This document shows, one piece after another, positions 52,321 through 64,000 of a DNA stretch of 64,000 nt; positions within the stretch are counted from its first letter, which is position 1; each line of letters opens with the position of its first letter. A model generated the notes under the pieces. That model had not been told where the DNA came from. It saw only the letters and a program-made list of their open reading frames with translations, and did not search any database. Position numbers and translations under genes: made by a program. Origin of the DNA: Octopus bimaculoides (taxonomy: Eukaryota); NCBI RefSeq assembly GCF_001194135.2, contig NC_068986.1, positions 37,980,526 to 38,044,525 of the forward strand, in the 5' to 3' direction.

Positions 52321-53737
52321 ATGTTGACTATGTGGAGACAGCCATCTGCCATCCAGGCATATGCCAGGACTGCATACCAGTGTCATCGGCAACAGATTTC
52401 GGATGTTTGTAAAGCTGGAGGTTTGCTAGTGCACCCGTTTCCTCCAGAATTTCCAATGGTTGATAATACTGGAGTACATAGGTATACTACGCAGGCTTTC
52501 AAATCTAAAACTGGTTTCCGGCCTGCTGCTCACAATAACACTGCCAATAGTAATGTTAACCACAATAGTTACCAAAGTGGACATCAAAGTTATAACAATA
52601 CAAACAGAAAGACAAAACAAGCTGCAGCCAATTTGTACCTGTATGGGAAATTTAATGAGACTGATAATATAGAATTATTACTAGATCAAGTACATTTACG
52701 ATCATTAACTGTTCAAGATCTACCACAGTTTCTGTCCAAGATGAATAATTTGCTACACCATCAAATTGATCTTGATGTTCTTCTGAAAGATGATCGTTTT
52801 GACAAAGTTAGTAGCACTCTGCACAATAATGTACGTGCCCTAAGCCCAAGTAGTTTGCTACAATGTCTGGAAGCTTTATTTCAGATGAGCAACAAAGATA
52901 TTTATCTGATAGAATCTTTAGAAAAACAAGTACAATGGCTTCTATGGAAGATGTCCATTGGAAGTCTTATTAGAACACTTGCTATACACAAGCAACACCA
53001 AGAGACACCATTGCGGAAGAAACTTCTCTCAGAGACACTGGGTGTTATTGAAAAGCGTTGGGTAGAGCTCTCTTGTCCCAAAGACCTGATTACATTGATG
53101 TACATTTTAGATGACAACAGTGACCACTTATTTTCTAAAGTGGAAACAAGGGCTTTTGATTTGGTTGAGAAAATGGATGTGAAAGAGTTGTATCGTGTGA
53201 CTTACCTGCTGTCACGACGTAAACATCGTAACACACCATTAATACGTGCTTTGATTTATCATCTGAATAAAAGCTGCCTCAAGCTTAGTAATATGCATCT
53301 GGTCAACCTCCTTTATGCTTGCTGCAGCCTCAAGATCTATGATAACCATTTGCTGAATAAAATGTCCAACACTTTGGAAAAAAAGGTTCCCCATTTGGAG
53401 AGTAATGTTCTGCTATTCTCCATCTTGACGTCTTTTTCCAAACTTCGTTGGCATCATACCCCAGTACTGGATGCAGTATTTAATAAGATTTTTGCTATCC
53501 AAGATCACCTTGGCCCTAAAGAAATATCACAAATTGTTATTAGCTTTTCTCATTTAGTCTATGATAATAAGGATATGGCAGCCATATTGCCTAATTTTAT
53601 GCCTCGTCTTCATACTTTCCGTGAACATGATCCAATGCAGTGGCTTGAAATTGTCTGGTGCTTGGCTGTTCTGAGACTTTGTGACCAAGAAACTGCTGCA
53701 ACAGTATTGAATTCACATTTTCTCCATCACTTAGAAG
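52321..53737 (+). CDS. TBRG4: FAST kinase domain-containing protein 4 / TBRG4 (mitochondrial RNA-processing factor), first large coding exon; partial CDS
   Basis: Acceptor TTTTCCAG at 52305, ATG at 52321, donor G|GTATGT at 53738. Motifs LEKQVQWLL.K, IEKRWVE, KVETRAFDLVEKM..KEL, R.TPLIRALIYHL, SFSKLRW and LEIVWCLAVL...VLNSHF fit the FASTKD4/TBRG4 helical-repeat and FAST_1/2 region. The RAP-domain exons were not found in the window. Confidence 0.82.
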
Positions 53738-54132
53738 GTATGTTTTAAGAATTGCTTCTTTGTGGCTCATTCCATCTGTTTAATATTAGAGATGAATACC
53801 AGTTGTGTGGCTCACTCTATACACTGTGTTTTAATGTTCATTCAGTTTCATGATCTCAATGTATCTACTTTTCCTTTCTATCCTTTACTTTATTGATGCT
53901 ATTTATAATGAATGTTTGACTTCAGGACCCATTTAAGTATGTTGTACATTCTAAATGCACAGATGTGGCTGTGTGCTTAAGAAGTTCATTTTGCAATCAT
54001 ATGATTTTGGTTTTGATCTCACTGCATGTCACCTTGGATAAGTGCCTTGTATCATAACCTCAGTTTGACCAATATCTTGTGAGTAAAACTTTGTAAACAG
54101 AAAGCCCATTGTTTATATATATACTCTACCAA

Positions 54133-55550
54133 ATGCTGTGCATGAGAAAACCCGGCAAGCCAAGTGAGACCTACATCTAAGGCCTCAGCTAGTCCACTTA
54201 TGCGTACCTTCCTCCATTGGACACTAAACTCCACTTGCGAAGACCTGTTGAGGCAAGTGAAATCGAAATCGAGTTAAATTGGACACTAAACTCCACTTGC
54301 GAAGACCTGTTGAGACAAGTGAAATCGAAATCGAGTTAAATTCGACAACTGGCACCCATGCCAACGTCGTCTCCTTCATTGGACATGAAACTCAGCTTGT
54401 GAAGACTTATTGGGGCAAGTGGAAGCGAAATCGTGAAGGCACCTGTGCCCAGTGTCACCTTTCTGGCACTTGTGCCCGCGGCATGTGTTAGGACTTTCGA
54501 GAGAGATCGTTGCCAGTGCCCCTGGACTGGCTCGTGTGTAGGTGGCACATAAAATACACCATTTTGAGCGTGGCCGTTGCCAGTACCGCCTGACTGGCCT
54601 TCGTGCCGGTGGCACGTAAAAACACCCACTACACTCTCTGAGTGGTTGGCGTTAGGAAGGGCATCCAGCTGTAGAAACTCTGCCAATTGGAAATATTCTG
54701 TGTGTGAGATGACCCGGCAAGCCAAGTGAGACCTAAATCTAAGGCCTCAACAAGTCCACTTATGCGTACCTTCTTTCATTGGACACTAAACTCCACTTGC
54801 GAAGACTTGTTGAGGCAAGTGAAATCAAAATCGAGTTAAATTGGACACTAAACTCCACTTGCGAAGACCTGTTGAGGTAAGTGAAATCGAGTTAAATTCG
54901 ACGACTGGCACCCATGCCAACGTCATCTCAAGTGAATCGAAATCGAGTAAATNNNNNNNNNNNNNNNNNNNNNNNNNNNNNNNNNNNNNNNNNNNNNNNN
55001 NNNNNNNNNNNNNNNNNNNNNNNNNNNNNNNNNNNNNNNNNNNNNNNNNNNNNNNNNNNNNNNNNNNNNNNNNNNNNNNNNNNNNNNNNNNNNNNNNNNN
55101 NNNNNNNNNNNNNNNNNNNNNNNNNNNNNNNNNNNNNNNNNNNNNNNNNNNNNNNNNNNNNNNNNNNNNNNNNNNNNNNNNNNNNNNNNNNNNNNNNNNN
55201 NNNNNNNNNNNNNNNNNNNNNNNNNNNNNNNNNNNNNNNNNNNNNNNNNNNNNNNNNNNNNNNNNNNNNNNGCCCCTGACTGGCTCTTGTGTGGACGGCA
55301 CAGAAAATACACCATTTTGAGTGTGGCCATTGCCAGTACCGCCTGACTGGCCTTCGTGCTGGTGGCACGTAAAAACACCCACTACACTCTCTGAGTGGTT
55401 GGCATTAGGAAGGGCATCCAGCTGTAGAAACTCTGCCAAATCAGATTGGAGCCTGGTGTAGCCATCTGGTTTCACCAGTCCTCAGTCAAATCGTCCAACC
55501 CATGCTAGCATAGAAAGCGGACGTTAAACGACGATGATGATGATGATGAT
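54133..55550 (+). mobile_element. Two tandem RTE 3'-end units (ORF2 tip + 3' UTR), the second ending in (GAT)n; contains an N-gap
   Basis: CCCGGCAAGCCAAGTGAGACC at 54151 and 54713; shared terminal CACCCACTACACTCTCTGAGTGGTTGGC...GCATCCAGCTGTAGAAAC block; tail at about 55530-55550. Confidence 0.85.
54953..55271. other. Assembly gap inside RTE 3'-UTR repeats
   Basis: N run. Confidence 1.
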
Positions 55551-56974
55551 GGTCATAGTCTGAATTAATTCTTATTTGGAGTTGTTGCTCTCCTAGGCAT
55601 GATCAGAGGATACATCTTGCTTGTTTGTTTTCTTTGGCATAATTTCTCAGGTTGGAAGCACTTCCTAACACCTACCTTTTTATAGAATGTGCTGGGTGCA
55701 TTTTATTGTGACACCCCGTAAATATGTGTTTGTTAGTTTCCACTTGGGTTTGATACCACTTAGTGATGTGTTTATGTATGTAACTCATAGACAAACTCCT
55801 GCAACTTTTGATTGACCCACAATCTCATTTTTTTCCTGTTGCCTTGTGCATATATAAAGAATCAATATTCTCATCTCCTTAGTTGTGTATGTGTTGAATC
55901 CCTTATGCACCATGTATTGATTAATCCATTGCCTGGTTTAATACCATCACATGGCCACCCTTGAGTGTCTTAAGCAGAGTTTACTCTATTGCAAGCATTC
56001 AGAGCAAGTCTTTAGTTTAAGGATAACTTCCTCTCAGAAGTTTAGATAACCCTGGAAAAATGTAAAGGTTCAACGTTGCAACTCTTCTCTCACTGATATA
56101 GCAGTAAAAAGAGAAATTGTTTTTGATTTATAGTTGCAGGCATAGCTGTGTGGTTAAGAAGCTTTCTTCCCAACCATATAGTTTCAGGTTCTGTCCTACT
56201 GTCTGGCACTTTGGGCAAGTGTCCTCTACTCTACCATCAGGCAAAGCAAAGCCTTACGAGTGGATTTGCTAGATGGAAACCGAAGAAGCCTGTTGTGTGT
56301 GTAATCATCATCTGTTAATGTCCATTTTCCATGCTCACATAGGTTGGACGGTTTGACAGGAGCTATCTAAGAGACCTGCACCAAGTTTTAGATCTGTTTT
56401 GCCATGGTTTTTACAGCTGTTTATTCACGCACACACACATCTAATATAATAAATGCTCAAACTAATTTGTGTGTGTCAGTGTGTCACATTTAGACTCCTC
56501 CCTCTCTCACTATTCAATGACACTCCTACTATTTCTCATGATGGGGTGAGAGTAATAGTAGGCATAGAGACGGTGAGGGCGGTGGTGAAGACAGAGAGAG
56601 AGAAAGAAGAGAGTGAGAGAAAGAGAGACAAAAACATTTCCTGTGTCCTTATGTTTACAAGGCTGACAGGAAGCGATGCAGCTTCCTAGGTCTAACCAAC
56701 AGTAGTATTATTCCCTTCAGGGGACTGTCACATTAAGTTGACAGCATACAACTACTTCATCATATCACTACTACATAAATCTCTCTGAGAGATTTAGAAA
56801 TGTATTATTTCTAAAAAAAAAAAAAACAATTTTCATAATCTAAAGGTTAACTCCGTGAGTAAATTAAAAACATTCTGGGCCAGATCCGGACCTGCAATCC
56901 CGAAATTTTGTATTCCGATGTTTTCATTACTGCGATCGTTTTTGGCAATTTTTTTTACATGATTTTTTTGCAAC

Positions 56975-57055
56975 GAATATGATCATCATTGGGATATGAC
57001 TCTGGAAGAAGCAATTGCAACAAATTCTCCAAAACAAGTCAGAGATCTGTTTGCA
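56975..57055 (+). mobile_element. Helitron Rep/helicase fragment (EYDHHWDMTLEEAIATNSPKQVRDLFA)
   Basis: Matches the remembered Helitron motif D..HWD.TL.EA...SP.Q.R.LFA that precedes the PIF1-like helicase; only 27 codons. Confidence 0.55.
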
Positions 57056-59992
57056 GATCTTCCCATTCAGGGTCAGTTGCTTAAAAGCTATATACTAGCT
57101 TAAAAGCTGCCTAATAGGGTGGCTTTTAAGCTAGTATATGTCCAGCCCATGCCAGAATGGGATGTGGACAATGTGATGATGATATATATACGTATGTTTG
57201 TGTGAGTGTGTGTATGTTTGTCTCCTTGTCTTGACATGTGATTGTTGTAAATAAGTGTCACTGCCATGCAAGCAATGTCATTTATTTTCAGTATTCTCTG
57301 AAAGAATATCTGGCTATGGGAAAATATTACCTTGCTTTGAAACAAGTTTGGGTTAGACAGGAAGGGCATCTTACTATAGAAAATCTGCTTCAATACTTTC
57401 CATCTGAACCTTGAAAGCAAAGAAAAGGGGATGTTACACTGATGACTAATTTCTGTGTGTCAGTGCATCACATTTAGATTTGTTTGAGTATATATTTTGA
57501 AGATTTAACTTTATTACTAATGATTGTAACAATTTTAACAATTTTTGAATATATTTTCAGTTGTGCTTTGTATCTATTCATATATTTGAGCTTTAATAAT
57601 TGTTATTAATATATTAACCATCTTTTGACAATTTTAGTAGGCTTTGTATATTTATTTTGACTAGATCATTACTCTCACACCTGGGATGGTGTTACCACTA
57701 TATAAGCAAACATCATTGACCATTTGAAAAAAAAAGTAACTACCTGACTGATTGACATGTGGTCAATTACCAATACACTTCAACCATTGGCTCACAAATT
57801 AACTTGTCTCTTCATTCTTCCTATTGCTGCTACAGTGGTCTCTGTTTCTTGGAGCTGGTTTGTCTTGTGTCACCTTCACCGAGGCTCATCCCTTTCACTT
57901 GTTTCTCCTCTCATCACCCATATTGTGTCTACTTACCCACCTACATTAATTGCTACATTTATCCTTCCTTCATATGTTTTCACTGCAGTCATTGATTTGT
58001 AGGCACAGGTGTGGCTGTGTGATTAAGAAGTTTCCTTTCCATTTACATGGTTTCAGGTTCATTATTACTGTCAGGCTAATCAAAACCTTGTAAGTGGATT
58101 TAGTTGATGGAAACTGAAAAAAGCTCATCAGATATACATATGTATATATGTGTATGTATGTGTGTGAATGTTTGTATTCTCCTTGTCTTGAAATTGCATG
58201 ATTGTTACAAATGAATATCATTCATTTCCAGTATTCTGCAAGTACATGTCTGGTCATGGGGAAGTAATACCTTGCTTGGAAACAAGAAAGGGTTGGCAAC
58301 AGGAAAGGCATCCAACCAAAGAAAATCTACCTCAATAAACTGTCTGATCCATGCAAGCATGGAAAACTGGGATTTAAGATGATGACAAGACATCACTCTC
58401 ACCAGTCTTGGAAGGCTTTGTTAAGGCCATAGACACAGCTCTTCTAGAGCAAATCATTTGAAATCATTAGAAAAAAATACTATCTACTTATTTTAATTGA
58501 CTCTACATACTGTTTCAGTTGTCTCCTGTATATTATTTTATTTGGCCTCTGTATACTATATGCAGTATAATTGGTCCCTGTATACTTAATTGACTCATAT
58601 ATTTTTTTGATTGGCCTCTATACACTAATTTAATTTTCCTTCGTATTCTTATTTTAGTTGGCCACTGTGTGCTTATTTTAATTATCTCTTATATAGTTAT
58701 TTTATTTGTTCACTCTTTCAAATATATTGTTTTTCTTTATTAGGAACAACTCCTATACTTTTAGGGAAGGCAGTTGAGATGCTGTGATATTCATGTGTTT
58801 TTCAGGGATATGAGTGAAGTAAAATAGTTCTAACTAGGGATTAGAACTATAAAATTTTCTTAGTTTAGTGGGGTCTCCCCTTTGATTGTATAGATTTTGC
58901 TACACCTTGATATAGCCATGTATGTAAGCGTTTATCATTTTAAATATATAAATTGATTAAATTTATATGAAATTATGTCATCAGTTACATTAGTATAATA
59001 TTTATTCTTAGTACTAATAACTGAGTTAATCTATACAAATTTATTTAACCCTACTGAATGTTGAGTCATGGCAAAAAAAAACCCCAGACATTTCAAACAT
59101 TTTGTATGATGATGTTTTAATTAACTGGATTTTTTATTTCTCTGAAAATGATAGTATAATCCTTTGTTGTCTGTTGGTAACATATTGCTTAGATGCATAA
59201 TTAGTTTCAAATTGACTGCTTAATTAATCCATGCACTTATAATCCCACTTTCACTTATTATTTTAATTAGTAATGCTTTCATTTCTATGTGGATTTAGAA
59301 TAACTAAACAATTTTCCTTACATTTTGTCTCTTACTTTGGTGGGTTGATTAGTTCTACAAAGTCAGACACCTGCACAAAATGTTAATTCAGGCTGTAGCA
59401 GTGTTGACACTCTGGTGAAATAGCTTCAACATTCATTGACTTGTAGTCCTATAAAACCAATTAATCAATCATCATGTTTTGTGTTTCTAAGTTTTAAAAG
59501 ACATCGACAAACAAAACTTACTGTGTAAAAAAGATGGAATATGAGAATAGCAAGTATGACTTTAATGGAATAGAGGAATATCAAACCTAATTCATGTGCA
59601 AAGAATAGCATAGAAGAACTTCTTTAGGTCAGTGGTTTATTGGTTGCATAAACATTCATAGTTTATACTCTCAGTAAAGGCGATTATTTTGAAAGGATGG
59701 AGGTATATATCAATGAGTAATCAATCTTATTGGTCTTTCCACAGAAATACAATAAAATACTGCATTGAGTTATATAGCTATGTGGTTGAAAAGTTTGTTT
59801 TCCAACCACGTGGTTTTGCATTCAGTCCCACTGTGTGATACTTTAGGCAAGTATCTTCTATTTTTTGCCCCAGCCCAACCAAAGCTTTGTGAATTTGGAA
59901 GATAGAAGCTGAAAGAAGACTGTCATATGTCTCTTCCTACATACTTGCCTGCTTGCTTGCCCATCTGAACACCTACCTACAGACACACACAA

Positions 59993-60804
59993 AGCATCAG
60001 TTGTGATGTGCAAGAGAGATGATTGCGCTGGTATGGACATGTGGTGAGAATGGATGAGGATAGCTGCGTGAAAAAGTGCCACACCCTAACAGTTGAGGGA
60101 ACCCGTGGAAGAGGTAGGCCCAGGAAGACCTGGGCTGAGGTGGTGAGGCAAGACCTTCGTACATTGGGCCTCACCGAGGCGATGACTACTGACCGAGACC
60201 TTTGGAAATGTGCTGTGCGTGAGAAGACCCGGCAAGCCAAGTAAGATCGTTGCCAGTGCCCCTGGACTGGCTCTTGTGCGGGTGGCACATGAGATGCACC
60301 ATTTTGAGCGTGGCCATTGCCAGTACCGCCTGACTGGCTCCCGTAGGATTTTCGAGCGAGATCGTTGCCAGTGCCCCTGNNNNNNNNNNNNNNNNNNNNN
60401 NNNNNNNNNNNNNNNNNNNNNNNNNNNNNNNNNNNNNNNNNNNNNNNNNNNNNNNNNNNNNNNNNNNNNNNNNNNNNNNNNNNNNNNNNNNNNNNNNNNN
60501 NNNNNNNNNNNNNNNNNNNNNNNNNNNNNNNNNNNNNNNNNNNNNNNNNNNNNNNNNNNNNNNNNNNNNGGCACATAAAAGACACCATTTCAAGCATGGC
60601 CGTTGCCAGTATCGCCTGACTGGCCTTCGTGCAGGTGACACGTAAAAGCACCTACTACACTCTCTGAGTGGTTGGCGTTAGGAAGGGCATCCAGCTGTAG
60701 AAACTCTGCCAAATTTAGATTGGAGCCTGGTGTTGCCATCCGGTTTCACCAGTCCTCAGTCAAATCGTCCAACCCATGCTAGCATGGAAAGTAGACGTTA
60801 AACA

Positions 60805-60839
<35 letters not shown>
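59993..60839 (+). mobile_element. Young RTE LINE 3' fragment (MRWYGHVVRMDEDSCVKKC...REKTRQAK*) + 3' UTR + (GAT)n
   Basis: ORF 60023-60244 is the RTE ORF2 C-terminus (RWYGHV.R, RGRGRPRKTW). Same terminal UTR block as the other copies; CpGs retained. Confidence 0.9.
60380..60569. other. Assembly gap inside RTE 3'-UTR repeats
   Basis: N run. Confidence 1.
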
Positions 60840-61229
60840 ATATATATATATGGAGAGAGAGAGAGAGACACACACATACACACACACACAAACACACATG
60901 TATGTGTGTTTGTTTACAACTGTAATCATTTGTACAAAAGTTGCACTGGATGGTGGTGTTGTCTGGTCTACTGTCAGCAGATCATCCAGTCACTAAGCTT
61001 CATCTTCACAAATCATAAGTACAACCTGCATTTGAGCCTTGCTTACATATCTGAGACTTAGCATCTGCTTACATGTACATGCATTTAGATTACAGCCAAA
61101 ACTGAAGGCTAAGATTGATTAGCAAATAATTATTCACTCTGTATATGTATAACTTAGTTTTCATAGCTGAATCTTCTGTATAAGTGGCTCTGTTTGAGAT
61201 GCAAACAAGGAATAGCTGAGATTTCCATA

Positions 61230-61640
61230 TGGTATACCTAATGAAAACTATGGGTGCATAAGTGCAGTGGGATCACAAACAGGATGACAGATAAGAAAGA
61301 ATTTTTATGTAATAGGTGTACAGGAATAGTTAACAATAAGAGCCCTCGTAAAATAAATTCTTTCAAATGCTCAGAAAATTCCTCAGAAGTAGTTGATAGC
61401 TTTTTTTTACTTAGATGACCTAATTAACAGTGGAAGTTGTTCTAAATGCATCATGACTAGAGTAAAAATGGGGTGGAAATGGTTCAGGAAGCTATTACAT
61501 CTACTGGCAACAAAGTGATGCTTTCTCTGAATGGAGAGTAGATTATATGTTGCTTGTACATGAATTGCAATGTTGCATGGTAGTGAATACAATGGTGGGT
61601 GTTTTGAAGACTGGAAAGAAATGAAGCAAGTATGTTTTAC
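61230..61640 (+). mobile_element. Highly decayed RTE ORF2 fragment
   Basis: GAAGTAGTTGATAGCTT, GTTCAGGAAGCTATTAC and GCATGGTAGTGAA match 10120-10330. Confidence 0.6.
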
Positions 61641-62160
61641 TGGATGTGTAATGCTAATGTGCATGATGATAATGATGGCAGCAGTAGTTGTATCAGTGAC
61701 AGTGATGATAATGAGGATGATGATGATGATGATGCAATCATTAACTCCTTGCAATGCTGTGTTCTCTCTCTTCTATCATCACTACAATTGTTCATATTCC
61801 AGCGTATACAGACCCCTACCCCTACTGACAAGTTATTACTTTCTTCTCATCATCTCTCCTATGCTCCCATCCCTTATTAACATTTCACCAATTATTACTC
61901 TTCAGAACTACATTCACTAGAACTCGCCTATAAGCATCCATCAGCAAATCATCACCAGCCACATCAGTCTCACCAGACTTGGAAGCTTATTGGCACTGCC
62001 CATCTTACATGGACCAAATAATAATAATAATAATAATAATAATAGAGCATCACAGCAAACCACAGCACATACCCAAGGCACACAGAGCTGCGCTCGGTAG
62101 TGAAGTGAAAGCACGTTATAAAAAATAAAACTACTGAACAATGATAATAATAATAATAAT

Positions 62161-62730
62161 GCAGTACCAGGCAGTGACTCTCATGGCTTTTGATCTTAAC
62201 TGATTGGAAGTGTTATCATTGTTTTGTCTTGGTATAAAAGATGAGCTACAGCAAATATTCTGCTTAATACCACAGATTTGCTTGTCAGTTGTTTGACCGT
62301 AACCAGTTGAGCATGTCCCTTCGTGGCTGATGATATGTGCATCTCTGATCAAGAGCAGAAGTAGTGGGGGAGCACCATAGCCATGTGTTGAGAGGAATTC
62401 TTTGGGGTTTGGATAATTCATCTTTGGAAACATGGGTGTTTTGTTCAACATCCTTAAATAACCCTTATTCAGAGACCTTTTGAGCATAACAGGCTACATG
62501 ACCTGAAGAAAATTCTAACTGGACCTCACCTGCAAGGTCATGCACTGTTTATCTTGATATGAGACCACCATGTTGCGCATGTACGGTTGTGATGCATGTG
62601 CTTGGTGTACCCTTATCAGACAGGTAGTCATGATGGGTATACTGGGCTTCGTATATTTTACCCCAGTGTCACTTTGATGGCATGCATTGCCCTCTCACTC
62701 AGTAATAATAATAATAATAATAATAATAAT
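62161..62730 (+). mobile_element. About 540-bp (AAT)n-tailed interspersed repeat (LINE 3'-UTR-like), inserted between AAT tracts
   Basis: GC-richer block bounded by (AAT)n on both sides, preceded by another AAT-tailed block (about 61930-62160). Family not identified. Confidence 0.55.
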
Positions 62731-62859
62731 CCTTTCTACAAGACACAAGACTTGGAATTTTGTCAGGAAGGAGGAGCTAGTTGACTTCATCGACTTCAGT
62801 GCTCAACCGATACTTTTTTGTCATCAACTCTGAGATGAAAGGCAAAGTCAACCTCAATG

Positions 62860-62893
<34 letters not shown>

Positions 62894-63725
62894 CCATTCT
62901 ATTAAAGGCACAAAGCCAGTAATTTCAGGGTGGGGATAAGTTAATTACATCAACCCCAGCACTCAACTTGTGCTTGTTTTATCGACCTCCAAAGTCAGTC
63001 TCAATGGAATAATCATAATAATAATAATCCTTTCTACTATAGGCACAAGGCCTGAAATTTTTTGGTGGGAGGGGTCTAGTTGATTGTCTCAACCTCAGTG
63101 TTTCACTGGTACTTAATTTATTGATCCTGAAAGGATGAAAGGCAAAGTCAACCTTGGCAGAATTTGAACTCAGAACATTGCAGCAGATGAAATACTGCTA
63201 AGCATTTTGCTTGGCGTGTTAATGATTCTGTTAGCTCACTGCCTTAGTAATGAAATAATCCTTTCTAGTTATAGGCACAAGCTTGAAATTTTGAGGAAGG
63301 GGTTTAGTCGATTACATTGTCCTCAGTGTGTCACTGGTACTTATTTCATCAATCCCGAAAGGATGAAAGGTGAAGTCAACCTCGACAGAATTTGAACTCG
63401 GAATGTTAGGATGGATGAAATGCTGCTAAGCATTTTGCCTGGTGCGCTAATGATTCTGCCAGCTCTCCACCTTAATAATAATAGTAATAATAATAATTAT
63501 TATTTCAAATTTTAGCACAAGGCGAGTAATTTGGGGGGAGGGGCTAAGTCATTTACATTGACCGCAGCACTGGTACTTATTTTATTAACCCTGAAAGGAT
63601 GAAAGGCAAAGTAGGGTTAGGGTTAGGGTTAGGGTGGCAGAATTTGAACTCAGAATGTAAAGACAGGCAAAATGCCGCTAAGCATTTTGCCTGGCATGCT
63701 AACAATTCTACCGGCTTGCTACCTT
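62731..63725 (-). mobile_element. Array of five same-orientation SINE copies separated by (AAT)n tracts
   Basis: Repeated CCTTTCTA..A.AGGCACAAG...GAAAGGATGAAAGGCAAAGTC.ACCTC.GC.GAATTTGAACTC...CCAGCTC units starting at about 62731, 62893, 63028, 63260 and 63500. Confidence 0.9.
63612..63635 (+). repeat. Interstitial telomeric repeat TAGGG(TTAGGG)3T inside a SINE
   Basis: Read directly from the sequence. Confidence 0.9.
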
Positions 63726-64000
63726 AATAATAATAAAAGCACACCAGGCAAAATAATAATAATAATAATTCGTTTTCTTTTCTTTTTGTCTCTTCCTGAG
63801 TATTTGGAAATGTAAACATCCTTTTCATTGCAAAAGTACTACTGTATTCTCCAACTGGACAGACAAACGAACATCTCAAGAAAACTTAAAAACTTTAATA
63901 TATTACCCAAATACGTAAACGTACCTTGTATTGCAACAACACAATTGAATTCAGAAATTCAAAAATTCAACGACGTGAATATACATATATATATATATAT

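Noticed and set aside
54217-54342. 63-bp direct repeats resembling a CRISPR-like array
   Set aside because: Tandem modules of a LINE 3' UTR in a eukaryote; no unique spacers and no cas genes.
55791-58461. Possible TBRG4 exon 2 candidates (DKLLQLLID at 55791; VLEGFVKAIDTALLE at 58406)
   Set aside because: Both hit an in-frame stop with no usable donor, and the similarity to the expected linker is too weak.

Overview
AT-rich, microsatellite- and retroposon-dense eukaryotic genomic DNA from a gapped scaffold (4 N-gaps). The repeat families look like those of a coleoid cephalopod, most likely Octopus; this is inference from pattern recognition, not a database hit. Three protein-coding genes are supported, all on +. 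(1) A single-exon TEDC1/C14orf80 (13990-15300). (2) A complete 8-exon RNF32 (27975-42403, 367 aa, RING-IQ-RING), whose exon 2 needs a non-canonical GC donor. (3) The first large coding exon of TBRG4/FASTKD4 (52321-53737), with a likely non-coding first exon near 46.7 kb; its 3' exons were not found in the window. A possible fourth gene runs leftwards on - from a bidirectional promoter at about 13.75 kb but could not be identified. The rest is transposon debris: RTE-clade LINEs, an RLE-type (R4-like) LINE fragment, a full-length dead mariner, piggyBac-like MITEs, a Helitron fragment, a solo-LTR-like element, a foldback-like element and many SINEs. The most unusual observations are a ~150-bp-arm intronic hairpin in RNF32, a Penelope-type hammerhead-like motif just 3' of TEDC1, a telomeric (TTAGGG)n patch replacing part of a SINE, and hairpin-module arrays in RTE 3' UTRs. 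I found no convincing new multi-gene system; all family calls come from remembered motifs and were not searched.
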